Shown here: positions 10,101 through 18,784 of the stretch, piece by piece
How the letters are laid out: the number at the start of each line of letters is the position of its first letter
How positions within the stretch are numbered: the stretch's first letter is position 1
Made by a program: the position numbers and the translations under genes
Source: Candidatus Uhrbacteria bacterium
GTDB taxonomy: Bacteria; Patescibacteriota; Patescibacteriia; UBA9934; GWF2-40-263
Direction: 5' to 3'
Length of the DNA: 64,000 nucleotides
NCBI GenBank assembly: GCA_016188495.1
Contig: JACPHU010000010.1
Span: forward strand, 349-64,348
The notes under the pieces: model-generated
Databases searched by the model: none
The model's input: the letters and a program-made list of their open reading frames with translations, nothing else
What the model was told of the DNA's origin: nothing

Positions 10101-10472
10101 ATGACACTTGAGCAGACGCTCATGGCTAAAATCCAGGAATCATTTGAATACTGGAATCGGTCTGGAAGAAAAGGATTCTTCTCTACTTTTTTGGAAAAAC
10201 AAGAACCAGGAATTCTGGAATTGCTAGAAGAACTTCCGAGAATCCTGACAAAGCTGGATCGAAAAATACTCAAAGAGCTGAAAGCAAAACCTGCTCAGCG
10301 GCCTCTGTGCGATGCCATCCTAGCCCTCTACATGCCTCAAATGACTCTGCTCTATCAGCAAAAAAAGGCCAAAAAGACTTTCGAAGAATTTCTCGATCAT
10401 CTCAGACGAGAATGCCCCACAGCCGAAGCCCTGGAAAACTATCTGAAAAAATTATCTCCTCAACAGCTATAA
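10101..10472 (+). CDS. Small helical protein sharing a ~48-aa C-terminal domain with the upstream MPG-like protein
   Basis: SD AAGGAGG; ungapped hand alignment with the C-terminus of 9485-10084 gives 13/48 identities. Confidence 0.8.
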   Translation: MTLEQTLMAKIQESFEYWNRSGRKGFFSTFLEKQEPGILELLEELPRILTKLDRKILKELKAKPAQRPLCDAILALYMPQMTLLYQQKKAKKTFEEFLDHLRRECPTAEALENYLKKLSPQQL

Positions 10473-10590
10473 ATGGCTGTTTTTAAATAAAAATTAAACA
10501 AAAATGATTGACATAACAAGGCTGGTTTGTTAGGTTCTAGGGTCAGATTGTTCCTTTCAATCCGAAAACTTCTTTTAAGAAGGAGAAAAA

Positions 10591-11652
10591 ATGTCTCTCA
10601 AAATGATTGAAATTCCTGGTATTTCGGTCATGAAACAAGGTGAACAGTATCTTCTCGTCTTCGTCGTACCGGCTCAGGTACTAGTCGAAATTGGGATCAC
10701 CCTGCGTTTTAATGAGCATCCCCTGGGAGTCAATAGGGGACTTACCGTTCATCGAGCAAAAGATATTCTTGCCCACATGAAGGCAGGAAAATCCAATAAC
10801 CTGATGCGTGATCCCATCCAAGGATGTCTCTATGTAGGAGACGGGCATGAATGGATCTTTGACGAAAAAAACCGTGTCCTCAGAGGCGAGGTAGAAACGG
10901 ATCCGGACAATCGTTTGGATGCTTGTTTCCTCGTCATCGATGACGGACAGCATCGATTTGCCGCATTGGAAATGTTATCCGGTGAGAATCGCCAACACTG
11001 GAGTTTCACGGTCATCGCCGGAATGAACATGTCTGTTGAAGAACGGACCGAGCTGTTCATGCAGGGTGAAAAAAGACAAAAGGTCTCTCCGCGTTTACTT
11101 TTGCAGATGATGGATGCCAACGACACCTTTGCAAATGAGTCGACGGCAACGGCTTACCGCATGGCAAAGGCTCTCAACGAAGTAAATGGATCACCCCTTA
11201 AAGGAAAGATCTACTTCGAACAGGGTCCTCGAGTTCCCAGCGGTATGGTCAGCGTGTCTTCCTTGCTTGGCCAACTTAAATACTGCGTGGGGAAAAATTC
11301 GCGCCTTATTCCCTATACCAGCGAGCAGCAGCGACAAGCTCTCCTGAATCTGTTCATCGCTGCATCGCGTCAGTGGCCCCAGGCTTGGGGACAAGAAGAT
11401 AAGACGTTGGGGAAACATATAGGTTACCTGACGCTTATCACTCTCCTTGCCCGCAGCGGCAATCTGCATAGTCTCTTGAAGGAAGACCTATCCCTAGACT
11501 CTTTCAAGAAAGCTATGGAATTTGCAAAAGGATTTCGATGGGAACAGGCCGGCGTCAAGGACGGATCAATCAATCATAACCGTCTGGCCGTCTTGTTGGA
11601 TGATCATATCGGACAGGCAATCGCCGCCTCGCAAGCTGATCTGAAAAAGTGA
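10591..11652 (+). CDS. DGQHR-domain (DndB/ParB-Srx superfamily) protein
   Basis: GVNRGL..RA..I and FLVIDDGQHRFAAL, then E..ELF...K.QKVS; SD AAGGAG; own promoter TTGACA(10508)-17-TAGGTT. Confidence 0.85.
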   Translation: MSLKMIEIPGISVMKQGEQYLLVFVVPAQVLVEIGITLRFNEHPLGVNRGLTVHRAKDILAHMKAGKSNNLMRDPIQGCLYVGDGHEWIFDEKNRVLRGEVETDPDNRLDACFLVIDDGQHRFAALEMLSGENRQHWSFTVIAGMNMSVEERTELFMQGEKRQKVSPRLLLQMMDANDTFANESTATAYRMAKALNEVNGSPLKGKIYFEQGPRVPSGMVSVSSLLGQLKYCVGKNSRLIPYTSEQQRQALLNLFIAASRQWPQAWGQEDKTLGKHIGYLTLITLLARSGNLHSLLKEDLSLDSFKKAMEFAKGFRWEQAGVKDGSINHNRLAVLLDDHIGQAIAASQADLKK

Positions 11653-11662
11653 TCGTGTAACG

Positions 11663-11691
11663 ACCGTACACAAATCTGTGTACGGTTTTTT
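11663..11691 (+). terminator. Intrinsic terminator
   Basis: ACCGTACACA-AATC-TGTGTACGGT followed by T run. Confidence 0.7.
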
Positions 11692-11800
11692 ATTTATTCG
11701 CTTAATTTTCTACTGTATTCGTTGACAATCCACAGTAAAATCGCTATTCTCCCCCCGTTATCTTTCACCTATTTTTGCAAAAAAATATCATCAATTTGTT

Positions 11801-13090
11801 ATGCCAAACGTTGAAAAAGAATCCTTAGAAAAAAATATCCTCAAGCTCACGTTCACTATTACCCAAGAAGAGGCCCAACCTTATTTTGAGGAGGCTGCGA
11901 AACGGATTTCCCAACAAACTTCCATTCCAGGATTTCGCCCAGGACATGCGGACTATGCGGTTGTGAAACAACGTGTGGGAGAAATGAAAATCATGGAAGA
12001 GGCTTTAGAAAGCCTGGTCCGCAAATCGTTTGTTGAGACCATTCTTGCTGAGAATATCGATACCGTCGGTTCTCCTAAAGTGGACGTGATTAAACTTGCC
12101 CCAGGCAACGATGTTGTCTTCACCGCAGAAGTTACTCTCATGCCTAAAGTTAAAAGTCTTGCCGACGTAAAAAAACTCAGCGTAAAAGCTCAAACAGCCC
12201 ATGTTGAAGACAAAGAAATCGATTTGGCTTTGAGAGATCTTCAGCGTATGAGAACCACCGAAGTCCGTGCCACAGCAGAAAAAACGACAACCCAAAAAGA
12301 TAAAGTGGTCATTGCGATGAACATGAAGCTTGATAATGTTCCTTTGGAAGGAGGACAATCACCCAACCACAGCGTTTATTTGAATGAAGAATATTACATT
12401 CCAGGATTTAAAGAAAAATTGGAAGGAATGAAAGAAGGCGAAGAAAAATCCTTTACAATCCCCTTTCCAAAAGAACATGCACAAGAATTTTTGGCAGGAA
12501 AAGAGGTCGCGTTTGATGTCACTCTCAAAGAACTTTACCACCTTCAACCCCCTGAATTGGACGACACCTTTGCCGTAACGCTGGGTACAAAAGACATGGC
12601 AACCCTGCGCGAAATCATTCAAAAAAATCTTTTGACAGAAAAAGAACAGGAAACCAAGTCAAAAGAAGAAAAAGAAATGCTCGAGCTCTTGGCAAACAAA
12701 TCTCAATTTGAGGATATTCCCAATCTTCTGATAAATGAAGAAATCAACAAGATGATTCTCGAACTCCAGCGAGGTGTGGAGGCCCAAGGACTTGAATTTG
12801 ATACATATATCAAAAATCTTGGAAAAACGTTGGCACAAATGAAACTCGATTTTACGCCCCAAGCTTTGATGCGTGTAAAAGTAGCTATTGTCATGCGTGA
12901 AATCGCTAAACAAGAAAAAATCGAAGTTGATGAAAAAGAACTCGACGAGGAATTAGACCGCATTGCCGGCCAATACGAAGAAACCAAAACCAAAGAGCAG
13001 GTCTATTCTCCACAATATCGAGACTACATGGAACAGATCCTCCGAAACCGAAAAGTAATAGAACACTTAAGAGGAATCATTATCAAATAA
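11801..13090 (+). CDS. tig: Trigger factor
   Basis: IPGFRPG ribosome-binding motif; FKBP-like YIPGF...F...FP segment; 429 aa. Confidence 0.95.
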   Translation: MPNVEKESLEKNILKLTFTITQEEAQPYFEEAAKRISQQTSIPGFRPGHADYAVVKQRVGEMKIMEEALESLVRKSFVETILAENIDTVGSPKVDVIKLAPGNDVVFTAEVTLMPKVKSLADVKKLSVKAQTAHVEDKEIDLALRDLQRMRTTEVRATAEKTTTQKDKVVIAMNMKLDNVPLEGGQSPNHSVYLNEEYYIPGFKEKLEGMKEGEEKSFTIPFPKEHAQEFLAGKEVAFDVTLKELYHLQPPELDDTFAVTLGTKDMATLREIIQKNLLTEKEQETKSKEEKEMLELLANKSQFEDIPNLLINEEINKMILELQRGVEAQGLEFDTYIKNLGKTLAQMKLDFTPQALMRVKVAIVMREIAKQEKIEVDEKELDEELDRIAGQYEETKTKEQVYSPQYRDYMEQILRNRKVIEHLRGIIIK

Positions 13091-13096
13091 TATCAA

Positions 13097-13121
13097 TAAA
13101 ACAGGCCTTCGGCCTGTTTTA
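13097..13121 (+). terminator. Intrinsic terminator
   Basis: TAAAACAGGCC-TTC-GGCCTGTTTTA. Confidence 0.7.
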
Positions 13122-13198
13122 TTATAAATTTCTATTCTAGCCAAAATTAAAAACAAACATTAAAGTACACTCATTATCAATCTCAATGAAATGTTTTT

Positions 13199-14050
13199 AT
13201 GCTCTTTGGCGCTCATGTAAGTTCTGCGGGAGGATTATGGAACGCTCCAAAAAATGCCGCGGAAATCGGATGTGAGGTGTTGCAGCTGTTTTCCCGTCCT
13301 CCCCAGGGAGGAAAACCAAAACCTATTACAAAAAAAGTCGCTGAACAATTTAAAGAAAAAATGAAGAAATACTCTATCCAACAAGCTTATATTCATGCGC
13401 CTTATTTTATTAATCTAGCTTCAAGTAATGAACGTATCCGTCATAGTTCTGTGGTTATTCTGCGCGAAGAACTTGAACGTGGCTCTCTTTTAGGATGCAA
13501 AGCCATGATGTTCCATCCAGGATCTGCCAAAGATGTGGGTCAAGAAGAAGGGGAATCTCTTGTGATAGAAGGCCTTAATACGATCTTGGATGGTTACGAG
13601 GGCTCTTGCCAACTCTTAATCGAGATTTCAGCGGGTGCAGGTATGGTAATGGGGGATACATTTGAGGAACTTGCACGATTTATCCACCAAACCAAACAGG
13701 CCGAAAAAATCGGAATTTGCTTTGATACCCAGCATGCCTTTGCCAGCGGTTACGATATCCGTACACAAGAGGGACTGGATCGCGTATTAGCACAATTTGA
13801 TGAAAAAATAGGGTTAAAACGTCTTATTGCAAGTCACTGCAACGACTCGAAAGTAGATCTTGGAACCCACAAAGACCGTCACGAACATCTAGGAGAAGGC
13901 TTTATGGGACTAGAAACTTTTAAACAGTTTATCCACCATCCAAAAATTCAGCATTTAGATCTCATTTTGGAAACTCCTATAGACGAGCAGCGCAAAAAAG
14001 AAATGGAACTCTTGAAATCATTCCGTTTAGAAATTCAAAAATACGTATGA
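13199..14050 (+). CDS. nfo: Endonuclease IV
   Basis: GAHVS, HAPYFINLAS, FHPGS, CFDTQHAFASG, HCNDSK, DRHEHLG and ILETP motifs. Confidence 0.95.
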   Translation: MLFGAHVSSAGGLWNAPKNAAEIGCEVLQLFSRPPQGGKPKPITKKVAEQFKEKMKKYSIQQAYIHAPYFINLASSNERIRHSSVVILREELERGSLLGCKAMMFHPGSAKDVGQEEGESLVIEGLNTILDGYEGSCQLLIEISAGAGMVMGDTFEELARFIHQTKQAEKIGICFDTQHAFASGYDIRTQEGLDRVLAQFDEKIGLKRLIASHCNDSKVDLGTHKDRHEHLGEGFMGLETFKQFIHHPKIQHLDLILETPIDEQRKKEMELLKSFRLEIQKYV

Positions 14051-14277
14051 TTTTAACGGTTTACGTAAAACCAAACGCCCATAAAGAACTTTTAGAGTGG
14101 GTTGATGAAGATACTTTAAAAATATCAGTCACTGTGCCCCCAGAAAAAGGGAAAGCAAATAAAGCGGTGATAGAGTGTCTTGCACAGGAATTACACATCG
14201 CTAAATCAACGATCGAACTCATCCGGGGAGGCACGACGAGGATAAAACAATTTAAAATACCGACTAAGGAAACTTAG
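14047..14277 (+). CDS. DUF167 (YggU) family protein
   Basis: VYVKPNA...PPEKGKAN...LA....IAKS.I..IRGGTTRIK. Confidence 0.9.
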   Translation: MILTVYVKPNAHKELLEWVDEDTLKISVTVPPEKGKANKAVIECLAQELHIAKSTIELIRGGTTRIKQFKIPTKET

Positions 14278-14524
14278 TCGGTATTTTCTTGAGCGGAGGT
14301 TCATCTATTCCACCGATCGAAAAAGGATTACATCGGACAATCCGCTGGAAAGTCAGAAAACTTCCTTTAAAGACCCCGTGACTTTTAATGCAAAGATATC
14401 CGTATTCAGAACAGGATGGATAAAAACGACAATAACCATCGGGGAAAAAACGACTCAACGGACCATGATCCAGAGAAAATATCCTTTGATAAAGACGAAT
14501 CATGATCAATAAAAACGTTCTCAT
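14264..14524 (-). CDS. yidD: Membrane protein insertion efficiency factor
   Basis: CRFYPSCSEY...RIVRCNPFS.GG.D; position after rnpA. Confidence 0.93.
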   Translation of the reverse strand: MRTFLLIMIRLYQRIFSLDHGPLSRFFPDGYCRFYPSCSEYGYLCIKSHGVFKGSFLTFQRIVRCNPFSIGGIDEPPLKKIPTKFP

Positions 14525-14865
14525 ACAGAAAGAACTCGGGCTTTTTTTAAACTGTACACCACCTGTTTTGAAATTTCTTCAAAATCCTTTCCAATGGCTT
14601 CTTTTTTTAAAAAAAAGAGAACATCGTATCCTGGCTTCATGTGTGGAAGATAGGCTTGGATAACCGCGCGCACTTGTCGCTTTAGGCGATTGCGCACAAC
14701 GGCTTTCTTTGACACTTTTGTTCCAACCACCACAGCAAAACGAGAAACGGAAAGCTTATTTGGTTGAAATTTCATTCCTAGCCAGATACCAAAGACGCTC
14801 TTGCCACGGGCAAAGAGCGCTTTGATATCTTTTTCGTGTCTGAGTCGATACTCAGAAGAAAGCAT
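14521..14865 (-). CDS. rnpA: Ribonuclease P protein component
   Basis: RFAVVVGTKVSKKAVVRNRLKR (RNR motif). Confidence 0.95.
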   Translation of the reverse strand: MLSSEYRLRHEKDIKALFARGKSVFGIWLGMKFQPNKLSVSRFAVVVGTKVSKKAVVRNRLKRQVRAVIQAYLPHMKPGYDVLFFLKKEAIGKDFEEISKQVVYSLKKARVLSV

Positions 14866-14868
14866 AGA

Positions 14869-15012
14869 TTAAGAAGAAACGGTAAGGCGTTTTCGGCCCT
14901 TTGCACGACGACGTTTGAGAACGTCCTGACCTGTAGAACTCTTCATACGAGCTCTGAATCCATGAACTTTGACTCGTTGTTTCTTTTTTGGTTGAAACGT
15001 ACGCTTTGACAT
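14869..15012 (-). CDS. rpmH: 50S ribosomal protein L34
   Basis: Below the ORF-track cutoff; hand translation [47 protein letters not shown]. Confidence 0.96.
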   Translation of the reverse strand: MSKRTFQPKKKQRVKVHGFRARMKSSTGQDVLKRRRAKGRKRLTVSS

Positions 15013-15082
15013 AAAAACAAGACAATTACGATCTAAACCATTAGGACAATAAACATTTCTTAAAGCAAAAAGATGCTAACAC

Positions 15083-15143
15083 ACTATCCACAATCGATCA
15101 ACTAAATCTCGTATGACCTGACCGCTTGCCCACATGTGGATAA
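15083..15143. promoter_or_regulatory. DnaA boxes upstream of dnaA
   Basis: Perfect TGTGGATAA at 15135-15143; CTATCCACA near 15084. Confidence 0.7.
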
Positions 15144-15208
15144 TTAGTCTAAACTACAGACCACGTGTAACTTTTGAGAAGGAAACTATCTCATTCATAC
15201 TCGATGCT

Positions 15209-16615
15209 ATGAATACTAATGAACTTTGGCAAGCCGTTCTCGGAGAACTCGAACTTTCTTTAAGTAAGGCAAACTTTACCACGTGGTTCAAAAACACTTT
15301 CATTTCTGATGTAGAAGAACACGCCATTACCATTGGAGTTCCAAACATGTTCACCAAGGCTTGGTTAGAAAAAAAATATACGAAGGAAATTCTTCGCTCT
15401 CTCCAAGAACTGACAAAAAATTCTATTAAACAATTGTCTTATCGAGTGGAATCACGCCCCATCAATCCACAAGGGCTACCGCTCTTTGAAAAGGAACAAC
15501 GCCAAGAACCATCAGTGGCTCCTTCGCATCAACAATCTTCTTACTACCAACCTCAACAGGCAACCGAGGTAAAAGAGATACGTACAGGTGAATTTTCTTT
15601 AAATGGAAAGTATTGCTTTGAAACATTCATCGTAGGAAAACAAAATGAACTCGCCCACGCCGCAGCACAGGCTGTTTGTGCCCAACCAGGAGGTATCTAC
15701 AATCCTTTATTTATCTACGGTGGTGTAGGACTGGGAAAAACACATATTCTTCAAGCAATCGGGAACGAACTCATCCGAAAAAACGCGAGTACAAAAATTC
15801 TCTACGTAACATGCGAGCGATTTACCAATGATTTTATTGGAGCATTGCGTTCAAATAGAATTGTAGAATTTAAAAATAGATACAGAACGGTCGATGTCTT
15901 GCTTGTAGACGATATCCAGTTCATTACAGGAAAAGAAGGAACTCAGGAGGAATTTTTTCACACATTCAATCAGCTTTACCAAAATAATAAGCAAATCGTT
16001 ATTTCCTCCGACCGTCCTCCAAAAGCGATCCCAGCTCTTGAAGACCGTCTTGTTTCACGCTTTGAATGCGGTATGTTGGCCGACGTCGGTTCACCAGATT
16101 TTGAAACGCGCTGCGCCATCTTAGACACAAAATGTCTGGAAAAGCAGTATTCTCTAGAACGAGAAATTTTGCATCATATCGCCACCGTCGTTCAAACAAA
16201 CGTCCGCGAACTTGAAGGTGCTCTGAATAAAGTCATTGCCTTCCATCAGTTTAAAAATACGCGCCCAACACTTGAATCAGTAAAGCCTATTCTTTCAAGT
16301 TTTCAACCAACATCTACTAGAAAAAACGTGACGCCAAAACAACTGATCGTCACGGTTGCCAACTACTTCGATATCCATATGGAGGATTTGCTTGGAAAAA
16401 GCCGCCAAAAACGATTGGCCTTTCCACGCCAAATTGTGATGTACATCATGCGAGAAGAAATGAAAGCAAGTTATCCCTCTATTGGATTAGAACTTGGTGG
16501 AAGAGATCACACAACAGCCATGCATGCCTACGACAAGATCACAACCTGTCTTTTGGAAGATGAAAAACTTCAACACGACATCGAACTGATCAAACAAAAG
16601 TTATACGCACTGTAA
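15209..16615 (+). CDS. dnaA: Chromosomal replication initiator DnaA
   Basis: YNPLFIYGGVGLGKTH, LLVDDIQF, QEEFFHTFN, GGRDHTT; start taken at ATG 15209 (MNTNELWQ). Confidence 0.98.
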   Translation: MNTNELWQAVLGELELSLSKANFTTWFKNTFISDVEEHAITIGVPNMFTKAWLEKKYTKEILRSLQELTKNSIKQLSYRVESRPINPQGLPLFEKEQRQEPSVAPSHQQSSYYQPQQATEVKEIRTGEFSLNGKYCFETFIVGKQNELAHAAAQAVCAQPGGIYNPLFIYGGVGLGKTHILQAIGNELIRKNASTKILYVTCERFTNDFIGALRSNRIVEFKNRYRTVDVLLVDDIQFITGKEGTQEEFFHTFNQLYQNNKQIVISSDRPPKAIPALEDRLVSRFECGMLADVGSPDFETRCAILDTKCLEKQYSLEREILHHIATVVQTNVRELEGALNKVIAFHQFKNTRPTLESVKPILSSFQPTSTRKNVTPKQLIVTVANYFDIHMEDLLGKSRQKRLAFPRQIVMYIMREEMKASYPSIGLELGGRDHTTAMHAYDKITTCLLEDEKLQHDIELIKQKLYAL

Positions 16616-16895
16616 ATCCACAGAGTCTTCCACAGATTATCCTAATAATATTTAAGAGGATAAACCTCGGTATAACGTTGTTCATAAGAGGGTGAACGAT
16701 CTGAATAAGTTTAGGAGAACATTCTGAAGTCATATCTATCCGCTTTCTATTCACGCTGTTCCCCTCTAATAGTACACAAATCCACACCCTTTTTTAAAAC
16801 TGATTTTAGCTAAAAAAAGGACTTATCCCTGCTGTCCACACCCCTTATTACTACTTCTTTATTTATTATCTATTAATTTATTAATAAAGAACTCA
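16616..16895. other. Replication origin oriC (dnaA-dnaN intergenic region)
   Basis: Degenerate DnaA boxes (AAATCCACA, TCTTCCACA, TTATCCCTG, CTGTCCACA), a CCCC spacer, trinucleotide repeats TTATTACTACTTCTT and an AT-rich tract at 16823-16890. Confidence 0.8.
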
Positions 16896-16902
16896 GGTTG
16901 AT

Positions 16903-18039
16903 ATGAAGCTTTCCTGCACAAGAGATAACCTCCATCAAGGATTAAGCATTACAAGTCATCTCATGACAAAGAATGTAAATCTTCCTATCCTTCAAAATGT
17001 TCTTGTAAAAGCAGAAGGGGGATCTATTCGATTCATTGCAACAAATCTTGAAATGGCGGTTAACTGCTTTGTAAGAGGAAAAGTAGAAGAACCTGGAGAG
17101 TATACGATTCCATCCAAACTTTTTTTTGATTACGTGTCATTACTTCCAAATGAAACGATCCGTATTCAAGCTGATGATCAAACCGTTCATATTGAATGCG
17201 GAACACATAAAACAAAAATTAATGGATTAAGTTCCTCCGAGTTTCCGCTTGTTCCTCGTGTAGAAGGAGGGACCTCTTTCCAGATACCTGTTGAAAGCTT
17301 CAAAAAGGCTCTCTCGCAAGTTTTATTCGCTGTTGCGACCAACGAGTCTCGTCCCGAGCTTACAGGGGTTTCATTCCAATTTTTTACTCTTGAGGGAGAA
17401 GGACGTTTAACCCTTGCTTCCACCGACTCTTATCGATTAGCAGAAGCAACGATTCCAGTTATTTCTGAAGTAGGAGAAATTCTTTCGTTAGTGGTTCCCT
17501 CTAAAACCCTTGCGGAAGTGAATCGTATTTTATCGGTGTTCAAAGATGATGTGGAATTACCTTCCGCGGTCACACTTACTCTTTCCCATTCTCAGGTTGT
17601 TTTCACGTATGGGTCTGTAGAATTAATCTCTCGTACGATTGATGAGCAATATCCAGACTATAAGCAAATTATCCCTACTCAATTTCAAACACGAGCCTTG
17701 ATTGATAGAGACGATTTCATTAAGGCAGTAAAAACAGCCAGTCTCTTTTCTCGCGTAGGAATTTCTGACGTGACATTAGGATTTGATGCTGAACAAAAAC
17801 AGATCTCTGTCAGTGCAACCGATGCCACTCGTGGTCAAAATACAACACAATGCGGAGCTGATATTTCAGGAGTGACTAATCATGTTACGGTGAACTATCG
17901 ATATCTCTTAGATGGTCTACAAGCGATCAATCAGGATCAGGTTCTTTTTGAAATGATCGATCCATCCAACCCTTGTCTTCTGACTCCTGAGGGAAAAACC
18001 GAAAGTTACCGTTATATTGTGATGCCTATCAAACAATAA
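16903..18039 (+). CDS. dnaN: DNA polymerase III beta clamp
   Basis: LPILQNVL, ATNLE, SRPELTGV, STDSYRLA, YPDYKQIIP, YIVMPI. Confidence 0.97.
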   Translation: MKLSCTRDNLHQGLSITSHLMTKNVNLPILQNVLVKAEGGSIRFIATNLEMAVNCFVRGKVEEPGEYTIPSKLFFDYVSLLPNETIRIQADDQTVHIECGTHKTKINGLSSSEFPLVPRVEGGTSFQIPVESFKKALSQVLFAVATNESRPELTGVSFQFFTLEGEGRLTLASTDSYRLAEATIPVISEVGEILSLVVPSKTLAEVNRILSVFKDDVELPSAVTLTLSHSQVVFTYGSVELISRTIDEQYPDYKQIIPTQFQTRALIDRDDFIKAVKTASLFSRVGISDVTLGFDAEQKQISVSATDATRGQNTTQCGADISGVTNHVTVNYRYLLDGLQAINQDQVLFEMIDPSNPCLLTPEGKTESYRYIVMPIKQ

Positions 18040-18052
18040 GGAATTTAATATT

Positions 18053-18090
18053 CCCTGAGCATAGCGACCAGTGGAAGCGAAGTCGAAGGG
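18053..18090 (+). repeat. Family B hairpin repeat
   Basis: AATATT-CCCTGAGC...AGCGA..GTCGAAGGG, similar to 52381-52417. Confidence 0.75.
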
Positions 18091-18100
18091 GTATTATTCA

Positions 18101-18135
18101 AACAAAAACCGAGAGATAGACTCTCGGTTTTTGTT
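18101..18135 (+). terminator. Intrinsic terminator of dnaN
   Basis: AACAAAAACCGAGAG-ATAGA-CTCTCGGTTTTTGTT. Confidence 0.75.
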
Positions 18136-18190
18136 ATCTTATGAACAAGAGTATTGTAAATAAACACTCTTTTGCCTTATTGGATTCCTT

Positions 18191-18736
18191 ATGCCCTTAC
18201 TCCTTCATCAACCAAAAGAAGTTTGTTTGAAGATAGAACATTTTTGGGATGGGTCTTTAAATATGGATGAACGCCTTTGGGCAGACGTTTCGTTGAGTCA
18301 AAATAAACAAGGGATTGTCATCACAGCTCTTTCGCCTATCCTCGCTGATCAAAATATTCCTCAATTTCCTCTCGGAACACGAGTAGATGGTCTTTGGAAT
18401 CATGATGTGGTAGAAGTTTTTTTTGTGGGTCCTGGACATCAATATCTTGAAATTGAGCTAGGAGCCGGAGGTCACTTTCTTGTGCTTGGCTTTGATTCTA
18501 TCCGTCATTGTTCAGATACCTTTGAATCTCTGGATCCACATCTGGTTTTTGATCGGACAGATGGGCAAAAGTGGAAGAGTGAAGTATTGATTCCTTACAA
18601 AATCATTCCTGAAAATATCAGAGCTCTTAATGCGTTCGCTATTTTAAATCATCAATTTTTAGCCTACGCCCCAGTTCCAGGAGATAAACCGGATTTTCAT
18701 CAACCAGACCGTTTCCCTTTTTTTACTCTCCAATAA
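18191..18736 (+). CDS. UPF0462/C4orf33-like (CBM9/DOMON-like fold) protein
   Basis: LWNHDVVEVFF...QYLEIELG..GHFLVL, NAFAI, PVPGDKPDFH recall the LWDYEVVEAFF..QYLEVEL..KPDFH pattern (from memory). Confidence 0.55.
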   Translation: MPLLLHQPKEVCLKIEHFWDGSLNMDERLWADVSLSQNKQGIVITALSPILADQNIPQFPLGTRVDGLWNHDVVEVFFVGPGHQYLEIELGAGGHFLVLGFDSIRHCSDTFESLDPHLVFDRTDGQKWKSEVLIPYKIIPENIRALNAFAILNHQFLAYAPVPGDKPDFHQPDRFPFFTLQ

Positions 18737-18784
18737 AAAAATCCAGCCTAGAGGGGCTGGATGTTCCGTGTCGTAGAGTGTCTA

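Noticed and set aside
3341-11691. Integron cassette array or prophage as explanation for the accessory block
   Set aside because: No integrase, no shared attC-like sites between genes, no phage structural genes and no flanking direct repeats seen; genes carry their own promoters.
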